Numbered from the whole stretch's first letter, positions 49,697-63,799 are shown. The stretch is 63,799 nt of DNA, filler included, from Octopus bimaculoides (GCF_001194135.2; 6 parts of 6 records of this genome joined end to end with filler, not necessarily neighbours in it), one strand, 5' to 3'. Notes: generated by a model from the letters alone, not told the origin. Program-made: numbers and translations.

Positions 49697-50058
49697 ACAT
49701 ATGTAAGGATATATATTTATGTGTGTACCTATGTCTGTATGTATGTATGGTTGTATATATTTATGTGTGTATCAATGTGTGTATACATGTATATATGTAT
49801 ATTTGAATATTTTTTATGCATGAACGTGTGTATATTCTGCGTGTGCGTGTTTGTGTATGCGTGTATGTGTAGTATTTCTACACCTATATGTATGTATATG
49901 TGTATGTATGTGCACAGGTGCATGTATCCATGTATTTATGTCTGTCTCTGTCTGTATGTCTGTCTGTGTTTATCTTTCTTCCTATCTTTCTTCATCCTTG
50001 TGTCTCTTATCGTCTGCGTCTGCGCGCGCGTGCGTATATGTGAATGTGTGCATATATA

Positions 50059-50125
<67 letters not shown>

Positions 50126-50705
50126 ATGCGAGAGTACGTGTGCATGTTTAGATGTGTCCCTGACGCCATTACTGCACATGCACGTCCGGGCAACAATTGT
50201 TTCGCTTTGCTTCCGCTCCCTTATTCCCGCCAATCGCTGTCTCGCATGCGCGTATGATTGTGTATTTATAAGTGTATATGAATATATGTACATGTATATA
50301 CTTGTGTGTGTGTGTGTGTGTGTGTATATGCTCATGTGTCTAACTTTAATGAGTGGAACTGTTTGTGTGTGTGTGTGTGTGTGAGTGTGTGTGTCTATGC
50401 TTCTGTCTTTGTATATATGTTTGTGTGTGTGTGTGTGTGTACATTTATATGCGTATTAACGTATGAAAGTATACCTCTCTATATATAAATGCGTGTGTAT
50501 GGATATAAGTGTACATATGTCAGTGTGTGTAAGTCGTGTGTATGTGTATGTGTGTGTAAGTGAGTGTTTGTATCGGTGAATGTTTGCCTGATTGCGTCTA
50601 TGCGTGTATACTTAGTATAGATGTATGCATACAATGTGTATATATATATACCTACATGTTAATATATTTGCATGAATGAATGTACCTGTCTGTCTTCTCT
50701 CTGTT

Positions 50706-50766
<61 letters not shown>

Positions 50767-51065
50767 ACCTATCGAGCTGTCTGTCGGTCTGTTTGTCTGT
50801 CCGTCTGTCTGTCTATGTACGTATGTATGTGTGTATGTTTGTCTGTATGTACGTATGTATCTATTTATTTCTATCTATCTATAAATTTGTAAATACATGT
50901 GTGTATATATATATATATATATGTGTGTGTCTGTTGTGTGTGTGACTGTGTGTTTGTGTGCGTGTGTGTGATTGAATTTTTGTATCAATTTGCGTGTGAA
51001 TGCGTGTATGTATGTGTACATGCTATACATATATGTTTGCAGATTGTTATGTGTATGTATGCGTT

Positions 51066-51103
<38 letters not shown>

Positions 51104-51170
51104 TGTAGGCATGTGCGTATATATGCGTTTATGCATGTATATGGATGTATGCATTTATGTAAGTGCATTA
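49560..51170. repeat. Compound microsatellite field (TA, TG, TATG, CT); similar fields at 53000-54260 and 60530-61860, with many shorter tracts
   Basis: Visible di-, tri- and tetranucleotide arrays. Confidence 0.95.
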
Positions 51171-51273
51171 GTGACTAATTGTGTATTATTAGGTTACTTC
51201 CGGTAAGCCTGATGATGTCATTGTCTACGAAGGCAGTGGTAGGGGTTGGATGTGGTGAGGGTGACGGCTTTTG

Positions 51274-51320
<47 letters not shown>

Positions 51321-51339
51321 AATTACGAGATTGCAAAAA

Positions 51340-51670
51340 TGCTTGAGAACATGTTACATAATGTAGTACTAGATACACCATGGTTGAATTAAAGATAGGG
51401 ATGGTCACATCTGGAACATCTTTGATCATAAATCTTGTGGATTGACTTGAGGTTAAATAACGATTATAACCACTAATACTGTTATACTGTACATTAGATA
51501 ATGTAGTCCTAGATACACTAGGTCTGAATAAAAGATGGGAGGGTCATGGCTGGAACATCTTTGATATTAGGTCTACTGGATCAGGACTGACCTGGGGCTA
51601 AACAACAACTACAACTATAGCCACAAATACTAGATGCTATGCTATACTATGTCAATGTAGTCCTAGATAT
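51340..51670 (-). repeat. About 2.5 tandem copies of a ~150-bp unit, reverse orientation
   Basis: Anchor atgtagt(a/c)ctagatac at about 51361, 51501 and 51656. Confidence 0.8.
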
Positions 51671-51757
51671 ATTATTTCATGACTCGTGTATTTCCGACGG
51701 CCCTTTGTTCCCTATAAAAAAACGAGAACCCTTACAAATACATGCATACGTACATGG

Positions 51758-51829
<72 letters not shown>

Positions 51830-52140
51830 GTACGTCTGTTTTTCCCTTCTTAATTTAGAGTAAATTATGACCGTCCATCTGTTTGGTAGCAAGGCTGTGA
51901 AGGAAAGTATCTTGTTTTAACCATCATCCTTTTAATCTTAAGAAAGTCTTCCAGACTTTTTATAGTTCCAAACATCGCGATCATTTGTAGTGTAGGAATT
52001 AAAGGTTTGTGTTCTCTAAACAAGAAACTAAGTTCTGCCATACTTTACTCCAGACAGATTAGTATATGTATCCTGTTGCTCCTATAATAATGGGTATGAA
52101 GCTGAAAGTGTATCTTGGAAATTGGATTTGCAAACACGTT

Positions 52141-52380
52141 ATTTTTTATTTCTTTATTGCCCACAGGGGGCTAAACATAGGGGGGGGGGGACAAACAAGG
52201 ACGGACAAACGGATTAAGTCGATTACATCGATCCCAGTGCTTAACTGATACTTAATTTATCGACCCTGAAAGGATGAAAGGCAAAGTCGACCTCGGCGGA
52301 ATTTGAACTCAGAGCGTAACGGCAGACGAAATACCGCTAAGCGGCCCGGCGGGCTAACGATTCTGCCAGCTCGCCGCCAT
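52141..52380 (-). mobile_element. SINE family B with a LINE-like 3' tail
   Basis: Family B head and body, but the tail reads gtttgtcc..cccctgtgggcAATAAAgaaataa. Confidence 0.85.
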
Positions 52381-52423
52381 ATTTATGTTATTAATGATCT
52401 TTAGATGTACTTTTTCTCATTTA

Positions 52424-52651
52424 TTGGGTTGTCCGGGAAGTTCGTGCCGATTTATAGTAGCTTACCTTTCGACTTATTTGCCATGAAACCTTTTCAATTC
52501 TGGGAAGAGGGTATTTTCGAGTTAAAGGAAAGATGGAGACGGATTGTGCAACAAAATGGTTCATGTTTGGTTGATTAAAAATGTAATGGCAAGTATTTAT
52601 TGACCTTTTCCTTTCCTTTAAAAATCGGCACGAACTTTCCGGACAACCCAA
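52424..52651 (+). mobile_element. Internally deleted mariner derivative
   Basis: 30-bp TIRs TTGGGTTGTCCGG(G/A)AAGTTCGTGCCGATTT with TA on both sides. Interior encodes FWEEGIFELKERWRRIVQQNGSCLVD*, like a mariner transposase C-terminus. Confidence 0.9.
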
Positions 52652-52906
52652 TATTATTCGAACCACATTGGCGTCCAGAGAGCCACAGAATTCCACAGCA
52701 GAACATATTTTTTCTTTGTTAACCCACACAGCGATATCTGTCCGGTTATGTTTTAATTTGGTGGATGCTTTAATTCTAAAGTTCCGCCAATATTCTTTTC
52801 AGCCGTCCGTCTCAATATGGTCAACTTCGTTTGTAGGTATTTTCCCTTTTGTCATCCTCTTCCAGACTGTTCTGGCCACTGGGAGATCATACCACGTGGG
52901 AAGATC

Positions 52907-52937
<31 letters not shown>

Positions 52938-53078
52938 TGTTTGCATGCATGTATGTATGCATGCATGCATGTATTATGTATGTATGTATGTATGTTTGTA
53001 TATGTGTATGTATGTATGTGTGTGTATGTATATAGGTTGTGTGCATGTACACACAGAAAAGAAGTGGAAGTAGTATTG

Positions 53079-53110
<32 letters not shown>

Positions 53111-53393
53111 AGAAGAAGAAGAAGAATTGGACAAATAAAAAGAACAGGAACAACAACAACAACTTGTGTAAACACAACGCTAAAAACAACAGCAAGAAAT
53201 AACAGCACCAGTAACCACAACAACAACAAAACCAGCAACAATAACCATGACAACAAAAGTAACGTCATATAACATTGGTAGCAACAAGAAGAACATGAAG
53301 AAAAAACGCTGCAGACAACGGCAAAAACCACAACAATATTCTTACTAAGCAGTCACGAAATCTTCACCACCACAGCCAACAACAACAACAACG

Positions 53394-53444
<51 letters not shown>

Positions 53445-54404
53445 GCTGCTTCTGCTGCTGCTGCTACTACTGCTACTACGAAGACAAGGACATCAACAAC
53501 TACAACAATGGTTCTACACCTCTAGCATTGATACTGCCTCCAGCACAACCACTAACATCGCCAACACTACCATTATCGGCTTTCCCATTACGACCACCAC
53601 TCATGACATCAACACCACCACCGCTAGCCATCACCGTCACCATCACAGATCATAACAAGTTTACATAAAGTAGAGGTAGTTTCGTTTCATACACACACAC
53701 ACACACACACATGCATACACATACACGCATTCATGCACACACACACACACACGTAATCCCACTCATTAACACACATAACCACACACACACACACTCACAT
53801 ATACACACTCATACATACACATATATACTCTCTCACTCACATACACATACACACTCATACATTCACATATATACTCTCTCACTCACACACACACACTCTC
53901 CCACACGCACACACAATCTTTCTCTCACACACAGTTACTCTCTCACACACTCACACATGCACACACACACACACACACATTCTGTACTTCTCACACATAC
54001 ACACACACATTCTGTACTTCTCACACATATACATACACACGTTCCCTTCCTCTCTACTCTCTCTCTCGTACACACACATACAAAGTCTCTCTCTCGTACA
54101 CACACACACATACTCTCCCTCTCTCTCTCTTTCACACACATACACATACACCCACTCACACACACTGTCTCTCTCTCTTTCACACACACACACATGCCCA
54201 TACACACTCGCGCAGACACACAAACGCTCACAAACAAACACACATACACACATGTAGACATGGATAATATGGCGGATGTTGGCTAATTAAATTAATAAAA
54301 CGTTTCTATGAAATCTGATACAACAAAACGAAACGAAAGATTTAGCGGAGAATATGAACAATATGGCGGACATAAAGAGGAATATTGATATGGTTTTATT
54401 GTTA

Positions 54405-55235
54405 ATGTTGTCGTTTAGCCCCCGGTCACTTCTGATCTAGAGACCTATGATCAAATGTGTTCCATATGGGACCATGCTATCTTTTATTCTGACATAGTGT
54501 ACCTAGGACTACATCAGATAATGTATAGCATAGGAGTTACTATTTGTGATTGGAGTTGTCGTTGTTGTTTAACCCAAGGTTAGTCATGATCCGGTTGAGC
54601 TGTAATCAAAGATGTTCTGTATGTGACCATCCAATCTTTTATTCAGACATAGTGTACCTAGGACTATATTCTCTAATGTATAGTATAGTAGTTAGTATTA
54701 ATGGCTATAGTTGTTGTTGTTTAACCCCAGGTCAGTAATGATCTGGTGGACCGCTGATCAAACATGTTCCAGCTGGGGACATTCCATTTTTATTCTGGCA
54801 TAGTGTATCTAGGACTACATTAATGTATGGTGTAGTGGTTTGTTTTAGTGGCAATTGCACTTGTGTAGCACAGGTAATGATCAGAGATGCTCCAGCTGTG
54901 ACCATCCCATCTAATATTCAGTGGCTATAGTTGCTGTTGTTGTTGTTGTTGTTGTTTAGTCCCAGGTCAGTCCTGATCCAGACAGACCTGTAATCAAAGA
55001 CGTTCCATCTGTGACCATCCCATTTTTTATTCAGGCATAGTGTATCTAGGACTACATTATCTGATGCATAGTATAGCAGCTAGTATTAGTGGTTATATTT
55101 GCTGTTGTTTAACCCCAGGACAGTCCTGATCCAGCAGACAAATCATTAAGGATGTTCCAGATGTGGCAAACTTATCGTTTATTTAGACACAGTGTACCTA
55201 GGACTACATTATCCAATGTTTAGTACACTAATTAG
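54405..55235 (+). repeat. About 5.5 tandem copies of the same ~150-bp unit, forward orientation
   Basis: Anchor tagtgta(c/t)ctaggactacat at about 54495, 54650, 54801, 55038 and 55190, with a partial unit near 54850-54940. Confidence 0.85.
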
Positions 55236-55313
55236 TATTAGAGGCAATCGCCGTTGTTGCGAACGTCATTATAATTAACATCTCTATTTATCATTAAATT
55301 ATGATTACCATTA

Positions 55314-55392
<79 letters not shown>

Positions 55393-56268
55393 CAACACTA
55401 CTATTGCCATCGCCATCACCACCACTACTACGACTGAACATTACTTTTCTTTGTGGAGTAAAGTTTCAGACGAACACGTGCTCCTGTTGTACAAACACAC
55501 GTGACACCCCTCTCCACCCTATCCCGCACAACATATATATATATATACATACATACATACATACATTTATATANNNNNNNNNNNNNNNNNNNNNNNNNNN
55601 NNNNNNNNNNNNNNNNNNNNNNNNNNNNNNNNNNNNNNNNNNNNNNNNNNNNNNNNNNNNNNNNNNNNNNNNNNNNNNNNNNNNNNNNNNNNNNNNNNNN
55701 NNNNNNNNNNNNNNNNNNNNNNNNNNNNNNNNNNNNNNNNNNNNNNNNNNNNNNNNNNNNNNNNNNNNNNNNNNNNNNNNNNNNNNNNNNNNNNNNNNNN
55801 NNNNNNNNNNNNNNNNNNNNNNNNNNNNNNNNNNNNNNNNNNNNNNNNNNNNNNNNNNNNNNNNNNNNNNNNNNNNNNNNNNNNNNNNNNNNNNNNNNNN
55901 NNNNNNNNNNNNNNNNNNNNNNNNNNNNNNNNNNNNNNNNNNNNNNNNNNNNNNNNNNNNNNNNNNNNNNNNNNNNNNNNNNNNNNNNNNNNNNNNNNNN
56001 NNNNNNNNNNNNNNNNNNNNNNNNNNNNNNNNNNNNNNNNNNNNNNNNNNNNNNNNNNNNNNNNNNNNNNNNNNNNNNNNNNNNNNNNNNNNNNNNNNNN
56101 NNNNNNNNNNNNNNNNNNNNNNNNNNNNNNNNNNNNNNNNNNNNNNNNNNNNNNNNNNNNNNNNNNNNNNNNNNNNNNNNNNNNNNNNNNNNNNNNNNNN
56201 NNNNNNNNNNNNNNNNNNNNNNNNNNNNNNNNNNNNNNNNNNNNNNNNNNNNNNNNNNNNNNNNNNNN

Positions 56269-56320
<52 letters not shown>

Positions 56321-57124
56321 CAAAGACGTTCTGTTTGTTTTTATTTGAGATCAGAAGGAATACAAACCAGGGCACGCTTACATCCACACACAAAAGCACA
56401 CGTGTATATATGTATATACTGGTACATATATATATATATACATACATACATACATAACTATATACATACGTACATAGCGGCATACACACATATACATACG
56501 TACATATATACATGTACATACACACACATGTAAGTATGTATCTATACACGTATACATATATATATATATATATGCATATATATATATATATATATGCATA
56601 TACATTCTTTAAAGAGACAAAACAATGCGTGTAGATGTGTATATGCGTATGTCTTTCTCTCTCTCTCTCTCTTTATATATATATATATAAAGAGATGGAG
56701 TGAGAGTGAGGGGGATAGAGAGAGAAAAATGGAAAGAGAGACATACATATATACTGTCGTAGACATTGTTTGGTTCTTTGAAGAATATGTTATAGCATTC
56801 TTTTCCTCAAATATGACCGCCATATTGTTAAACTAAGCCCTAAACACGAAACTTCCTAAATGGTATAACACGAAAATGGTTGCCAATATACGGCTGATGA
56901 ACCAGTTGGAAATACGGAGAGAAGCTCAAACGACTCTGTTAAGACCGAAGATATTCCGTTATATACAAGGGAGGTGTTTGAAATGCAAGTCTTAGGCGTC
57001 GGTACTGGGAGCTGTTCAAATGGCGTAACAGGAAACCATTGTAGAATGCCTCTGTCTTATTCTCGCTTCGCAGATCTTTTTCTGCTTTCTTTCTTCCATT
57101 GGTTACGATGACAATGGTTCTACT

Positions 57125-57495
57125 TGATCCGATCAACGGAACAGCTTGCTCTTGAAACTAACGTGCAAGTGGTTGAGTACTCCACAGACATGCACACCCT
57201 TGAAGTAGTTCTTAGGGAGTTTCAGCGTGACACAGAATGTGACAAGGCTGGCCCCTTTGAAATGCAAGCACAACTCAGTTTTACCAGCTTAGGGGACTGG
57301 AGCAATGTGAAGTGAAGTGTCTTGCTTAAGGACAGTAGCACTCTGTCGGTTATGACGACAGAGGTTCCAGTGGATCTGGTCAACAGAACAGTGTGCTTGT
57401 TAAATTAACGTGCAAGTGGCTGAGCACTCCACAGACACGTGTACCCTTAATGTAGTTCTCAAGTAGTGACAAGGCTGGCCCTTTGAATTACAGTA
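57125..57495 (+). repeat. Two tandem copies (about 248 bp apart) of an unclassified interspersed repeat
   Basis: caac(g/a)gaacag..taacgtgcaagtgg(t/c)tgag(t/c)actccacagac..gtgacaaggctggccc..tttgaa occurs twice. Confidence 0.7.
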
Positions 57496-57832
57496 ACAAA
57501 TAATTTTTACCTATGGGAAGAGGTGGCTCTATCAAACTGTCCAGCATGTGGAGAGGAACTCAACATCTCCCGCTGTTTCATCTGCCATATATTGACCATC
57601 ATTTTCATATTGTACCGTTGGGAAGTTTCGTGTTTGCAGTTTAGTTTAACAATGCGGAGGTCATATTTGAGGAAAAGAATCTGGACATGCTATAACAAAT
57701 ATACTTCGATGTGTATGTGTGTATATATGTATGTCTCTATTTGTCTGTCTGTCTGTCTCTCTCTCCCTCTCTTACTCCACATATGCATATATGTAAGGAT
57801 GGGTATGTGAAGAAATAGAGAGAAAGAGAGAA

Positions 57833-57865
<33 letters not shown>

Positions 57866-58079
57866 TACATATATACACATATGCACACATCGTGTTTTGT
57901 CGATTTAAACTATATATATATATATNNNNNNNNNNNNNNNNNNNNNNNNNNNNNNNNNNNNNNNNNNNNTTAATTAATTAANNNNNNNNNNNNNNNNNNN
58001 NNNNNNNNNNNNNNNNNNNNNNNNNTATATATATATATATATATATGTGTGTGTATGTATTTGTGTGTCTGTGTTTATC

Positions 58080-58230
58080 TATCCACCATCGCTTGACAAC
58101 CGATGTTGGTGTATTTACGTCCCTGTAACTTAGTGGTTCAGTAAAAGGAAACCGATAGAATAAGTACTAAGCTTACAAAGAATAAGTCCTTGGGTCGATT
58201 TGTTCGACTAAAGGCGGTGCTCCAGCATAA
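58080..58230 (+). mobile_element. SINE family A, 3' part
   Basis: gcttgacaaccgatgttggtgtatttacgtccctgtaacttagtggttca..gggtcgatttgttcgactaaaggcggtgctccagc. Confidence 0.75.
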
Positions 58231-59098
58231 CACTTTTCTCTCTTCCTTTCTCTTATTCTTTTATCTCCTCTTCTCCCTCTCTTTTTTCTATCTTATCCTA
58301 TCTCCAAATCTTTTCCCCTACCCTTCACAGTTCTCTGCCTGTAACTCTCTCTCCCTCACTCTTCTTCCTTTGTTCACGTGGCTCCCACGTGACCATCGGC
58401 CATTTTTCTTTCTCCTCCTAACGTGTTTTTCATTCTTTCTTCATGTTGCAGCTGGACAAAGAAGACGTATTCTTGTCTGTCTCCTGACCAAGCTTGTTTC
58501 TTCGCGTTCGCCACTACAACCTCGTTTAGGCTTAGCAGCCCTTCCTGTTTGTTTTCACTGTCCTGTTTTTGTCAACAATTTTGACCCTCCGCAAAATCCC
58601 AAGTTTTATCTAATTTGCCTTGCGGGAGCAACTGTCTTATCGAAGGTGTATGTTGTCGTGAATTGCTCGAAATACGGATTAAAACAACAGCCGACAACTA
58701 ATGAAAAGTCGTTCTTTGTGCTGTTTGTCTTGTTTTCCATTTGTTTCTTTCGTTGTTCGCAAAAAAGTTCATATTCCATGTCCTCGTACTTCGTATTTTT
58801 TGTTGTTTACGTTTTGTGATGTCCTGTGCCCATATATACATATGTATATACGTATACAAGTAAGTATGTACNNNNNNNNNNNNNNNNNNNNNNNNNNNNN
58901 NNNNNNNNNNNNNNNNNNNNNNNNNNNNNNNNNNNNNNNNNNNNNNNNNNNNNNNNNNNNNNNNNNNNNNNNNNNNNNNNNNNNNNNNNNNNNNNNNNNN
59001 NNNNNNNNNNNNNNNNNNNNNNNNNNNNNNNNNNNNNNNNNNNNNNNNNNNNNNNNNNNNNNNNNNNNNNNNNNNNNNNNNNNNNNNNNNNNNNNNNN

Positions 59099-59127
<29 letters not shown>

Positions 59128-59129
<2 letters not shown>

Positions 59130-59220
59130 CGACGTTTTTCTTTCAGTTTCCGTCTTCTACATCGACTAACAAGGCATTGGTTGACCTGAAGGTATAGTAA
59201 AAGACACTCGCTCAAGGTGC
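59128..59220 (-). mobile_element. SINE family A fragment
   Basis: tttcagtttccgtc..acaaggcattggttg..agacactcgctcaaggtgc. Confidence 0.6.
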
Positions 59221-60528
59221 AAGTACCTTTTACTGTATATATGTATCTGTTAGGTCAACATAATCGTTTCATACCCACAAGGTAACGGATTCGATATTAC
59301 TACGCAGTACCTTGCAGAAGCTGTCTGATGCTGTAGCCTCGAGTTGACTACTATATTTTAATATGAGAATATAATCGCATAGTTTCTTTACCAATGGTAT
59401 GACTGCCTTAGTTTCTATGCTAATTAATACATACTACTAATGAATGTATCGACATACGGATAAATAATGCAAATTCTTATTCCTAAGAGCTTTTTCCACA
59501 GCCAGTCGCACGGGGCTTTCTCTTTCTGTCAAATTAATTGAGTATGAGCTCCTGATGTGGAGGCACTTACCAAGTGAAACTAGTGGAAATGTTCTCTGTT
59601 TCGGTCTGCAGAGCCTTCCCATGTTCATTGGAACAGAAATGATAAATTTATGCTTATAAAATATAAGCAACTCTGTATGTATGTGTGTATGTTCTATCTA
59701 TCTATCTATCTATCTATATATGTATATATATATATCTTTCCAAATTAACGTGTTAACCTTTAAAAGTCCTCTCATATCGACGCATAGCGTATAAAAGCAC
59801 AGACATATAATGGAGCAGACAAGAATCGATGGTATGGGCGACAGAAATACCAAACCACGAGATTTCAGCATACTGAGCTTCTTCAGCGGCAAGAGTCCGG
59901 TGTCTGTAGGATCAGTATTTTTGAAGGATAAAATGTTCATTTTACAATCACAAGATTCCGTGTTCGAATCCGCTGCATGGCATTTTGCACAAATGTTTTC
60001 TATGTCCTTGCGTCGAAACATACATTGCGAGTAAAATTAGGTTGACCGAAATTGTGTAGAAGCCCGTGGGTACATTGTGCCTGTAATTCAAAGAGGTACA
60101 ATCTTGGCATACACTCTGACACGCTAATACATTGTTTTCTATAACCGATAGATTTTATATATATCACACAACAGGAACAATCTAAGAATTATGGAAGCCC
60201 TCCTTATAAAAAAAACTGATGCCAGCCATTAATAACTGGAAAAAAGTGCACGAAACAGACTGGTTGCTATAGTAACAACAGTTTGCGCATGTCACCTTCG
60301 TCCTTCCATCCAAGCCCCTTCTCCTCCCCCCACACACCTGAGCGATAAGCTTATTCTAACCACCACTTTTTCTGAATGTCCCGAAATACAGAAAAATAAG
60401 GTAAAATTGTAACTTTGTCCCGTTTTCTTTTCATTTTGTAGTTTACTTTGGACTTTCTCACATTGTTCTGGCTTTACACAACTACATTCTTTAAAGTTAT
60501 ACCTCACAATGATTCACAAAGACTACCT

Positions 60529-60586
<58 letters not shown>

Positions 60587-60686
60587 NNNNNNNNNNNNNN
60601 NNNNNNNNNNNNNNNNNNNNNNNNNNNNNNTTAATTAATTAANNNNNNNNNNNNNNNNNNNNNNNNNNNNNNNNNNNNNNNNNNNN

Positions 60687-60723
<37 letters not shown>

Positions 60724-61079
60724 GTATATTCACGTACATATACATATATATGTGCATTCAAACATATTTAGATATGCATATATAAATGTATGGATGTATG
60801 TATGTATGTATGTATGTATGTATGTATGTGTGCGTGTATGTATAAACAAACACATTCATATATCTGTGAAGAATGTATATATGTATATTTACATTTTTTT
60901 CCCGCGTGTTTGTGACGTGTCTGTTTATGAGTATTTGTGTTATTCGCGTGTCTATATCATCTTTTTTTTTTTTTTTTTTTTTTGTTAATGTAAAGTGATT
61001 TGTGCATCTGATTAAGCTTTTTCTAATATTTAAATATAATTAAATTTATAAACCACTATAACAAGAAGTAATTATATAT

Positions 61080-61130
<51 letters not shown>

Positions 61131-61580
61131 CACACTCATTTATGTGTCTTTGTGCGTATGCTTATGTGGTGCAAGTATAATTTACAACAGTTTAATGACG
61201 TCTAGATGAATGCAATACTTTATCGTTCGCTCGCGGTCGTCTGCCCGTTTCCTTTTTCTTATTCCTATCTCTCCTTTTATCTTTCTCCTCCAATCTTTCT
61301 TTTATTCCATCTTCGTCCTCTTTCCCTTAAACTTCTACTTCTTCTTCTCCTTCTTCTTCTTCTTCTTCTTCTTCTTCTTCTTCTTCTTCTTCTTCTTCTT
61401 CTTCTTCTTCTTCTTCTTTTTCTTCCTTCCTTTCTTTCTTTCTTTCTTTCCTTTTCATCGTTAGATATTTTTATCAATTTGATCTCACATACTCATATAG
61501 TTACACACATACATACATACATACGTACATGTATACGTACATGTATACGTACATGTATACACAATTTCTGTCTGCACACT

Positions 61581-61613
<33 letters not shown>

Positions 61614-62280
61614 ACACATGCATACACGCATACATGCACATTCACACAAACATACATGCACACGCTCACTTGCACACATTCATAAACGCATAAGCATATA
61701 TCTACATACACAAACACACACACAAGCATACATACATACATACATACACACATACACAAATATAGATACATGCACACATACACACATACACGCATACAGG
61801 CTTATGCACACATAAACACATGTACACACACATACATACACATACACACACACATACATGCATANNNNNNNNNNNNNNNNNNNNNNNNNNNNNNNNNNNN
61901 NNNNNNNNTTAATTAATTAANNNNNNNNNNNNNNNNNNNNNNNNNNNNNNNNNNNNNNNNNNNNATATATATACTATTCGTCTTCCCAAATATGAGGCCA
62001 TGTGATTATGTTAGAAGTCACAGTTCACATCGAAATTATATTTTGATCGGTTTGATTTCTGTTACATTATTGAGTGTATTATACATAGTAACCGAATCTG
62101 AAGATGGAGAGAAAAACAAACAGTAAAAAAAGAAAAAAAGAGAAGGAAAGAAAAAAGATTTATAATCGTATGAAACCAGTTTCTAACTGACTTGGTTTCA
62201 CCAAGACCAATCACTTACCTTCACTTACTTGAGTCTACTATACTACAATAAGGAGTATCATCACCATCATCATCATCATT

Positions 62281-62338
<58 letters not shown>

Positions 62339-62499
62339 GGCCGAACCACTAAGTTACGAGTACGTATGCACACCAACACAACTTGTCAAGCGGTGGTGGG
62401 GAACAAAAACAGACACAAAGACACACACACACACACACATCATCATCTTCATCATAATCATCATCGTCATCATCAATAACAGTGGAAAAGGCATAAATA

Positions 62500-62700
62500 T
62501 TGGTTTCTTATTTTGGCACAAGGCCTGAAATTTTGGGGGAGAGTATAAGTCGACTACAAATAACCCCAGTGTTCAACTGGTACTTATTTTATCGACATCG
62601 GATGGATGAAAGGCGAAGTCAACCTCGGCAAAATCTGAACTCAGATCGCAAAGACTGACGAAATGCCGCCAAGCATTTTGTCCGGCGTGCTAACGTTTCC
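62500..62700 (-). mobile_element. SINE family B
   Basis: ttttggcacaaggcc..ctggtacttattttatcgac..gtcaacctcggc..gcattttgtccggcgtgctaacg. Confidence 0.8.
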
Positions 62701-62907
62701 TCGAGTTTACCGACTTAACCAACATTGATATTGACAATATTTGAAAGATGGTGGTGAGAGTACAGAATTTCAAAGAAAAAGATCTAAACGGGTTTTAAAT
62801 GATTTTCATAGGTTTTTATTCACAAAATTAAGAAGTCACAAATTGTCATCATCGTCATCATCATCATTATCATCGTCGTTGTCGTTGTCGTCGTCGTCGT
62901 CGTCATT

Positions 62908-62946
<39 letters not shown>

Positions 62947-63310
62947 GCTGTAATATCATTAGAACTGATTTTGTTGATTTGTAACACCGACGTGGAACAA
63001 ATTCCCAGGGATACCTTCTGCACGAAGAACATATATATGTGTATATAGAGCAGGTGGTGGTGGTAGTGGTGGTGGTGATGGTAGGGCTAACATGTTTAAT
63101 GTCGTGAACACCCAACCCACCAAACAAAAAAAAAAAAAAATGAAATTACAACCGTCATAATGGGTGTAGGTTTAATTATGAAATTTTAATTAAAAAATAT
63201 TTTTTAGCATACTACAATCACAAAGTTAGACTTCACTTCATCAAATATATTCAAAAATTAGTTTACAAAAATCTTTGGTAATTATGTTTGGCAAATTTTT
63301 ATAATCTAAA

Positions 63311-63349
<39 letters not shown>

Positions 63350-63393
63350 TTGTAATACTCGAACTGTATCATAATGTTTAGTAATTATTGTGT

Positions 63394-63512
<119 letters not shown>

Positions 63513-63549
63513 GTCTATCTATCTGTCTATCTATCTATCTGTTCTTTTA

Positions 63550-63760
63550 TTCTTTTATTTGTTTCAGTCATTTGTCTGCGGCCATGCTGGAACACCACTT
63601 TAAGGGGTTTTAATCGAACAAATCAAGCTTAGAGCTTATTCTTTGTAAGCTTAGTATTTATTCTATCTGTCTCTTTTGCCGAACCGTAAAGACACTAACA
63701 TCAGTTGTCAATCGATGGTGAGGAGGGGGACAAAGACAGACACCAAAATACAAATACATA
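63550..63760 (-). mobile_element. SINE family A, 3' part
   Basis: gtttcagtcattt..gcggccatgctggaacacc..cttattctttgtaagc..ttttgccgaacc. Confidence 0.75.
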
Positions 63761-63799
63761 CATACATACGTACGTACATATATATATATATGTATATAT

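Larger units (their letters stand above)
51930..52900 (-). mobile_element. 3' fragment of a restriction-like-endonuclease (RLE) non-LTR retrotransposon, interrupted by a mariner derivative and a SINE
   Basis: KEYWRNFRIKASTKLKHNRTDIAVWVNKEKICSAVEFCGSLDANVVRI [mariner] NEK [SINE] LQIQFPRYTFSFIPIIIGATG..LQMIAMFGTI resembles the RPD..D/E RLE domain. Confidence 0.7.

Noticed and set aside
49591-51206. Many YI/CV/HT/LS/poly-residue ORFs, here and throughout the window
   Set aside because: These are translations of microsatellites, not proteins.
54405-55235. Tandem array as a CRISPR
   Set aside because: Eukaryotic context, ~150-bp units without unique spacers, and no cas genes.
56905-56935. CTGATGA..GAAA as a hammerhead ribozyme
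   Set aside because: Stem II closing pair and stems I/III could not be formed convincingly.

Overview
AT-rich animal genomic scaffold, dense in microsatellites, with N gaps. The SINE families, repeat load and gap style suggest an octopus draft assembly (inference, not a database match). It holds two genic components. (1) A 4-coding-exon gene at 20621-25922 (+) that splices in frame to 731 aa: TPRs, a SET domain split by an SMYD5-type MYND finger, post-SET, and a second C-terminal MYND finger. (2) A tandem cluster at about 27.6-49.4 kb of a family I do not recognise. These are small proteins with an acidic disordered N-terminus and four hydrophobic helices, each ORF in one exon. There are six intact paralogs, one frameshifted pseudogene and several CDS-less flank or tail remnants. 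The rest is decayed mobile DNA: Penelope-like, Tx1/L1-like and RLE-type LINEs, Tc1/mariner remnants and MITEs, two tRNA-type SINE families and a ~150 bp tandem repeat. Most ORF-track entries are microsatellite or N-gap artefacts. All alignments and translations were done by eye; no searches were run.
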